The notes beneath the pieces were generated by a model, which was not told where the DNA came from, did not search any database, and saw only the letters and a program-made list of their open reading frames with translations. A program made the translations under genes and the position numbers. Of a stretch of 64,000 bases of DNA, positions 60,238-64,000 are shown one piece after another; position 1 is the stretch's first letter; every line of letters starts with the position of its first letter. The stretch is from an uncultured Kiritimatiellota bacterium (lineage in GTDB: Bacteria; Verrucomicrobiota; Kiritimatiellia; RFP12; DVOR01), in assembly GCA_944389585.1 (NCBI GenBank), contig CALXMW010000007.1, positions 11,372-75,371 on the forward strand, written 5' to 3'.

Positions 60238-60912
60238 ATGGCCACGAAGGAGCTCCCCACCCTCAAAGACGTCTCGCGCATCCCCGAGGAACTGCGCCCC
60301 CTCGTCCTCTGGTGGCAAGACCACGGTACCAAGACCCTCACCTGGGCCGCCCTCGCCGTGGCCGTCTGCGTCGCCGCCGCCCTCTGGCAAAACAAATCCC
60401 GCGCCGCCGACGCCGCCGCGGCCGTCGCCCTCGCCTCCTCCACCCAAGGCCTCGACGCCCAAGGCCTTCTCGACCAAGCCCCCGCCTCCGCCCCCCTCGT
60501 CCGCCTCGTCCAAGCCCGCGCCCTCTACGACGCCGGCGACTACGAGAACGCCCTCGTCGCCTACGACGACGCCGCCGCGGAGCTCGACGGCGACCCCGCC
60601 CTCGCGGACATCGCCGCCCTCGGCCGCGCCTGCGCCCTCGAGGCCCTCGGCCGCGTGGACGAGGCCCTCACCGCCGTCGGCGCCCTCGAGGCCGCCTTCG
60701 CCCAAAGCCCCGCCCCCCACTACCTCGCCTCCGAGCTCATCCTCGCCAAGGCCCGCCTCCTCTGCCAGAAAGGCGACAAAGCCGCCGCCAAGGCCGCCCT
60801 CACCCCCATCCTCCAGGCCAAAGACACCGACCCCCTGGCCAAATACGCCAACCGCGCCGAACGCCTCGTCCAGGTCATCGACGCCTACGCCCCCGCCGCC
60901 CCCGAGGCCTGA
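60238..60912 (+). CDS. YfgM-like membrane-anchored TPR protein
   Basis: WWQDHG plus TM followed by TPR-like helices, terminator at 60927-60961. Confidence 0.7.
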   Translation: MATKELPTLKDVSRIPEELRPLVLWWQDHGTKTLTWAALAVAVCVAAALWQNKSRAADAAAAVALASSTQGLDAQGLLDQAPASAPLVRLVQARALYDAGDYENALVAYDDAAAELDGDPALADIAALGRACALEALGRVDEALTAVGALEAAFAQSPAPHYLASELILAKARLLCQKGDKAAAKAALTPILQAKDTDPLAKYANRAERLVQVIDAYAPAAPEA

Positions 60913-61145
60913 CCCCGCGCGGCGCGAAAAGGCCCCCGGCAGCCGCCGGGGGTCTTTTTTTCGCGTGGCAGGGCGCGCGGGCAAACCGAGGGTGCGCGGG
61001 GTGGGGGTAGGCGGGCAGCCCTTCCCCCTCGGCTCTGGGGGGCGGCGGGCTTGGTGCGCCTCGGGATTTGACAGGAGGGGGGGTATGCCAGTGTTTCTTA
61101 CGTCTTTTCTCAAAGTGAGGAAGGGTCGCTGTTAGGAGACACTTG

Positions 61146-64000
61146 ATGAGACGCTCTTTGGTGTTGTGTCTTGGCGTGTTGGCTGCGCTGACGGCCTCGG
61201 CCGGGTTTCACGTTGACGATGACGTCTGGGTGGATTATCAGGACGGGAACTATGGGTTTACCGTCAGCGGCAACGAGGCGACGATTGTCTGGGCGCCCAT
61301 GGGGCTGTCCGGGAAGGTGACGGTGCCGGGCACGCTTGAAGGGGGAGGGCAGGCCTACACGGTCACGTCCATCGAGGGCGCGTTCTACGATTGCACGCGC
61401 ATCACCGAGATGATCCTCCCCGAGAGCGTGCGCACCATCGGCGAGGAGGCCTTCGTGAATTGCGCGGCCATGACCGCCATCACGCTTCCTTCGGGGCTGG
61501 CCGCCATCGGGGACTATGCCTTCGAGGCGTGCGCGAAGCTGAAGGCCATCGAACTGCCGGCCGGCGTGGGGGATATCGCGGAGTCGGCCTTCTGCGGGTG
61601 CCGCGACCTGACCTTCTCGGTGGCGGAAGGGAATGGGGCTTACAAATCCGTCAATGGCGGGCTGTTCGACAAGTCCGTGGAGCGCCTGATCCGCGGGGCG
61701 GGCGGCGTCGCGGCGTTCACGGTGCCGGAGACGGTCACGTCGCTCGGCGCCTTTGCCTTCGATGGGCTTGAGACGCTGACGCTGCTCCATTTCCAGGGCG
61801 GCGTGCCGGACTATCAAGGCTATCCCGACTACACGTTCAATGCCGCCATCACGCAGGGTACCTATCCGGCGGCCCATGCCGAGGAGTGGAAAAACGTCCT
61901 TCAGGACGGCAAGTGGAGGGTTGAGCTGACGGAAGACAACGACGACGAGGAGGATTGGGAGGCGTGGCCGGTGCCGCACGACATCGCGATGATGCCGCAT
62001 GGGATGTGGCTGCTTCAATCGACCAACGCGAAGTGGCTGACGATCGGCGGCACCGAGACGTGCGTCTGCCAAGAGGCCGCGGGATCCGGAGGCTTTGTCA
62101 GCGAAGGGTATATCATCTCGAAATGCTCGACCTCCATCAGCGGGGAGCTGGAAATCCCCGCGGAAATCGACGGCATCCCCGTGGTTCACATCTGCTTCGA
62201 TGCGTTCAAAGGGTGCGCCGGCCTGACGAAGGTAACCATCCCGGGAACGATCCGGACAATCCCGAACGGGCTCTTCTCCGGGTGCGCCGGCCTGACCGCC
62301 GTGACCTTCGCCGAGGGCGTCCAAACGCTTGCCGCCCCCGTTCCCGGGCAGGCCTCGCCCAGGACCTTTGCGAGTTGCGCGAAGCTGAAGACGGTCAAGG
62401 TGCCCTCCACGATGGACGCTTTTGGCGACCATTGCTTCGGAGACAGCCCCTTGGTGGGCTTCAGCGTCGCCCCTGGCAACCCAATCGTGTCCGCCGTCGA
62501 CGGCGCGTTGCTGAGCGCGGACGGAAGTCGCCTTTTGGTGGCGCCGGGCGGGGTCGCGTCCTATGCGACGCCGGGCGGGGTGACGTGTGTCGGCGGCCAT
62601 GCGTTCGACGGCCGCACCGCGCTCAAGTCGGTCTCGCTGCCGGCCTCGGTGTCCAATGTCGAAACGCCGCTCTTGGGCGCGACGGCCGCGGTGAGCGTCG
62701 ACGCGGCCAACCCCGTCTACGCCGCCCAGGCCGGCTCGCTCTTCGACAAGGATTTGTCCACGCTCCTCTACTATGGCGGCGGCAGTCAGAGCGTCTATAC
62801 GCTCCCGGACACCGTTTCGGGGGTCGACCGCTTCGCCTTCAACGGCGCGGTCTCCGTGCAGCAGGTAAAGGTTCATGCCGGCGTCACGCGGATTGACGAC
62901 GCCGCTTTCTCCGGCAACGTCGGCGCCGTGGATGTCGACGCCGCCAACCCCAACTACGTCTCCACGGCCGAGGGCGCGGTGATGGCCCTGCCCAAGGAGG
63001 GCCAGGCCGGGAAACGCCTCATTCACCTGCCCTACAAACTCGCCTCCTATACGATCCCTGACGACGTGACGGCAATCGGCGATTATTCCCTGTGGGGCTG
63101 CCAGGTCGCGAACCTGACCCTGCCTTCGGTGGTCTCCTTTGGCGAGGCGGCCTTCGCCGGGTGCGCCAATCTGGCGACGCTTACCTTCAAGGGGCGCCCA
63201 GCCGACGTTCTCGGCCTCGCGCCCGCCGAGGGCTGGCCCGAACGCGCGGTCGGCCGCTATCCCTCGCTCTGGACCGGCGCCTGGGCCGCCGTGATGGAGG
63301 ACGGCCGTTGGCAGGGCCTGAGGATGGAACCCTACACGATTTCCGGCGTGGCCGGCCTGCTGGCCTATTCCGACGATAGCGTCGAACCCGTCGTGACGGG
63401 CTTCACCTCCACGCCGAACGGCGCGCTTGAGATCCCGCAGGGCGTCGCCGGCATCGCGCCCGGCGCCTTGCAGAACCAAGCCACCCTCACCGCCGTCTCC
63501 GTGCCGGGCTCCGTCACGACGATCGGCGCCGACACCTTCGGCAACAATCCTCGCCTGGCCACTGTCTCCTTCGGCGAAGGGGTCTCCGCCATCGCCGAAG
63601 GCGCCTTCCGTGACTGCACGGCGCTGACGAAGGTGGCCATCCCCGCCAGCTGCGTCTCCATCGCGTCGGGGGCCTTCGGCGCCTGCGGCAACGTGCTCTT
63701 CGAGGTCGCCGCCGGCAATACGGCCTTCAAGGCCGTGGATGGCGCGCTGTTGAGCGCGGACGGCACGCGCCTGCTTGCCGCGCCCGGGAACGTCGCCGAC
63801 TACGCCGTCCCCGAGGGCGTGCAGACCATCGACGACAACGCCTTTGCCGGGCGCCCGCGCCTGACTTCCGTCTCCCTGCCGGCCTCGCTGCGCGCCGTGC
63901 AGCCCGGCGCCTTCCTCGCCAGCGCGGCGAAGGTCTCCGTCGACGGGGCGAACCCGACCTTCTGGGCCTCGGATGGCGGGTTGCTCCAGCGGGACGTCTC
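61146..64000 (+). CDS. BspA-type leucine-rich-repeat surface protein (3' end outside window)
   Basis: Manual translation MRRSLVLCLGVLAALTASA...LPESVRTIGEEAFVNC..LPSGLAAIGDYAFEAC, AGGAG RBS. Confidence 0.88.
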   Translation, partial: MRRSLVLCLGVLAALTASAGFHVDDDVWVDYQDGNYGFTVSGNEATIVWAPMGLSGKVTVPGTLEGGGQAYTVTSIEGAFYDCTRITEMILPESVRTIGEEAFVNCAAMTAITLPSGLAAIGDYAFEACAKLKAIELPAGVGDIAESAFCGCRDLTFSVAEGNGAYKSVNGGLFDKSVERLIRGAGGVAAFTVPETVTSLGAFAFDGLETLTLLHFQGGVPDYQGYPDYTFNAAITQGTYPAAHAEEWKNVLQDGKWRVELTEDNDDEEDWEAWPVPHDIAMMPHGMWLLQSTNAKWLTIGGTETCVCQEAAGSGGFVSEGYIISKCSTSISGELEIPAEIDGIPVVHICFDAFKGCAGLTKVTIPGTIRTIPNGLFSGCAGLTAVTFAEGVQTLAAPVPGQASPRTFASCAKLKTVKVPSTMDAFGDHCFGDSPLVGFSVAPGNPIVSAVDGALLSADGSRLLVAPGGVASYATPGGVTCVGGHAFDGRTALKSVSLPASVSNVETPLLGATAAVSVDAANPVYAAQAGSLFDKDLSTLLYYGGGSQSVYTLPDTVSGVDRFAFNGAVSVQQVKVHAGVTRIDDAAFSGNVGAVDVDAANPNYVSTAEGAVMALPKEGQAGKRLIHLPYKLASYTIPDDVTAIGDYSLWGCQVANLTLPSVVSFGEAAFAGCANLATLTFKGRPADVLGLAPAEGWPERAVGRYPSLWTGAWAAVMEDGRWQGLRMEPYTISGVAGLLAYSDDSVEPVVTGFTSTPNGALEIPQGVAGIAPGALQNQATLTAVSVPGSVTTIGADTFGNNPRLATVSFGEGVSAIAEGAFRDCTALTKVAIPASCVSIASGAFGACGNVLFEVAAGNTAFKAVDGALLSADGTRLLAAPGNVADYAVPEGVQTIDDNAFAGRPRLTSVSLPASLRAVQPGAFLASAAKVSVDGANPTFWASDGGLLQRDV

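Overview
High-GC bacterial window, inferred to be from a PVC-superphylum anaerobe (TIGR04137-like small basic protein, PEP-CTERM proteins, PflB, HydE-like radical SAM). Positions 1 to ~21.4 kb are one end of a Mu-like transposable prophage (transposase A, ATPase B, Gam, repressor/Ner switch, protease I, capsid, gp36, terminase, portal). It has a permuted gene order and appears to have inserted into a host PEP-CTERM gene. The rest is mostly housekeeping (pflB, gltA, valS, tyrA, ychF, gapA, panC, metG, efp) and ends in a BspA-type LRR gene. The main unexplained signal is a prophage-restricted family of ~11 palindromic cassettes bounded by inverted arrays of 3-4 heptamers, (GTGAATC/GCGAATC)n ... 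(GATTCAC/GATTCGC)n. They bracket gene junctions or sit in frame inside genes. One cassette encloses an antisense four-helix-bundle (23S-IVP/Avd-like) gene, suggesting an undescribed repeat-bounded mobile or regulatory unit. Octamer and nonamer versions of the same design also occur. Other highlights are a stand-alone copy of the transposase N-terminal domain next to the repressor, a portal fused to a PBECR-like nuclease domain, a lipoprotein-anchored WYL-like domain and two rod-shaped ncRNA candidates. All family assignments are by eye; no searches were run.
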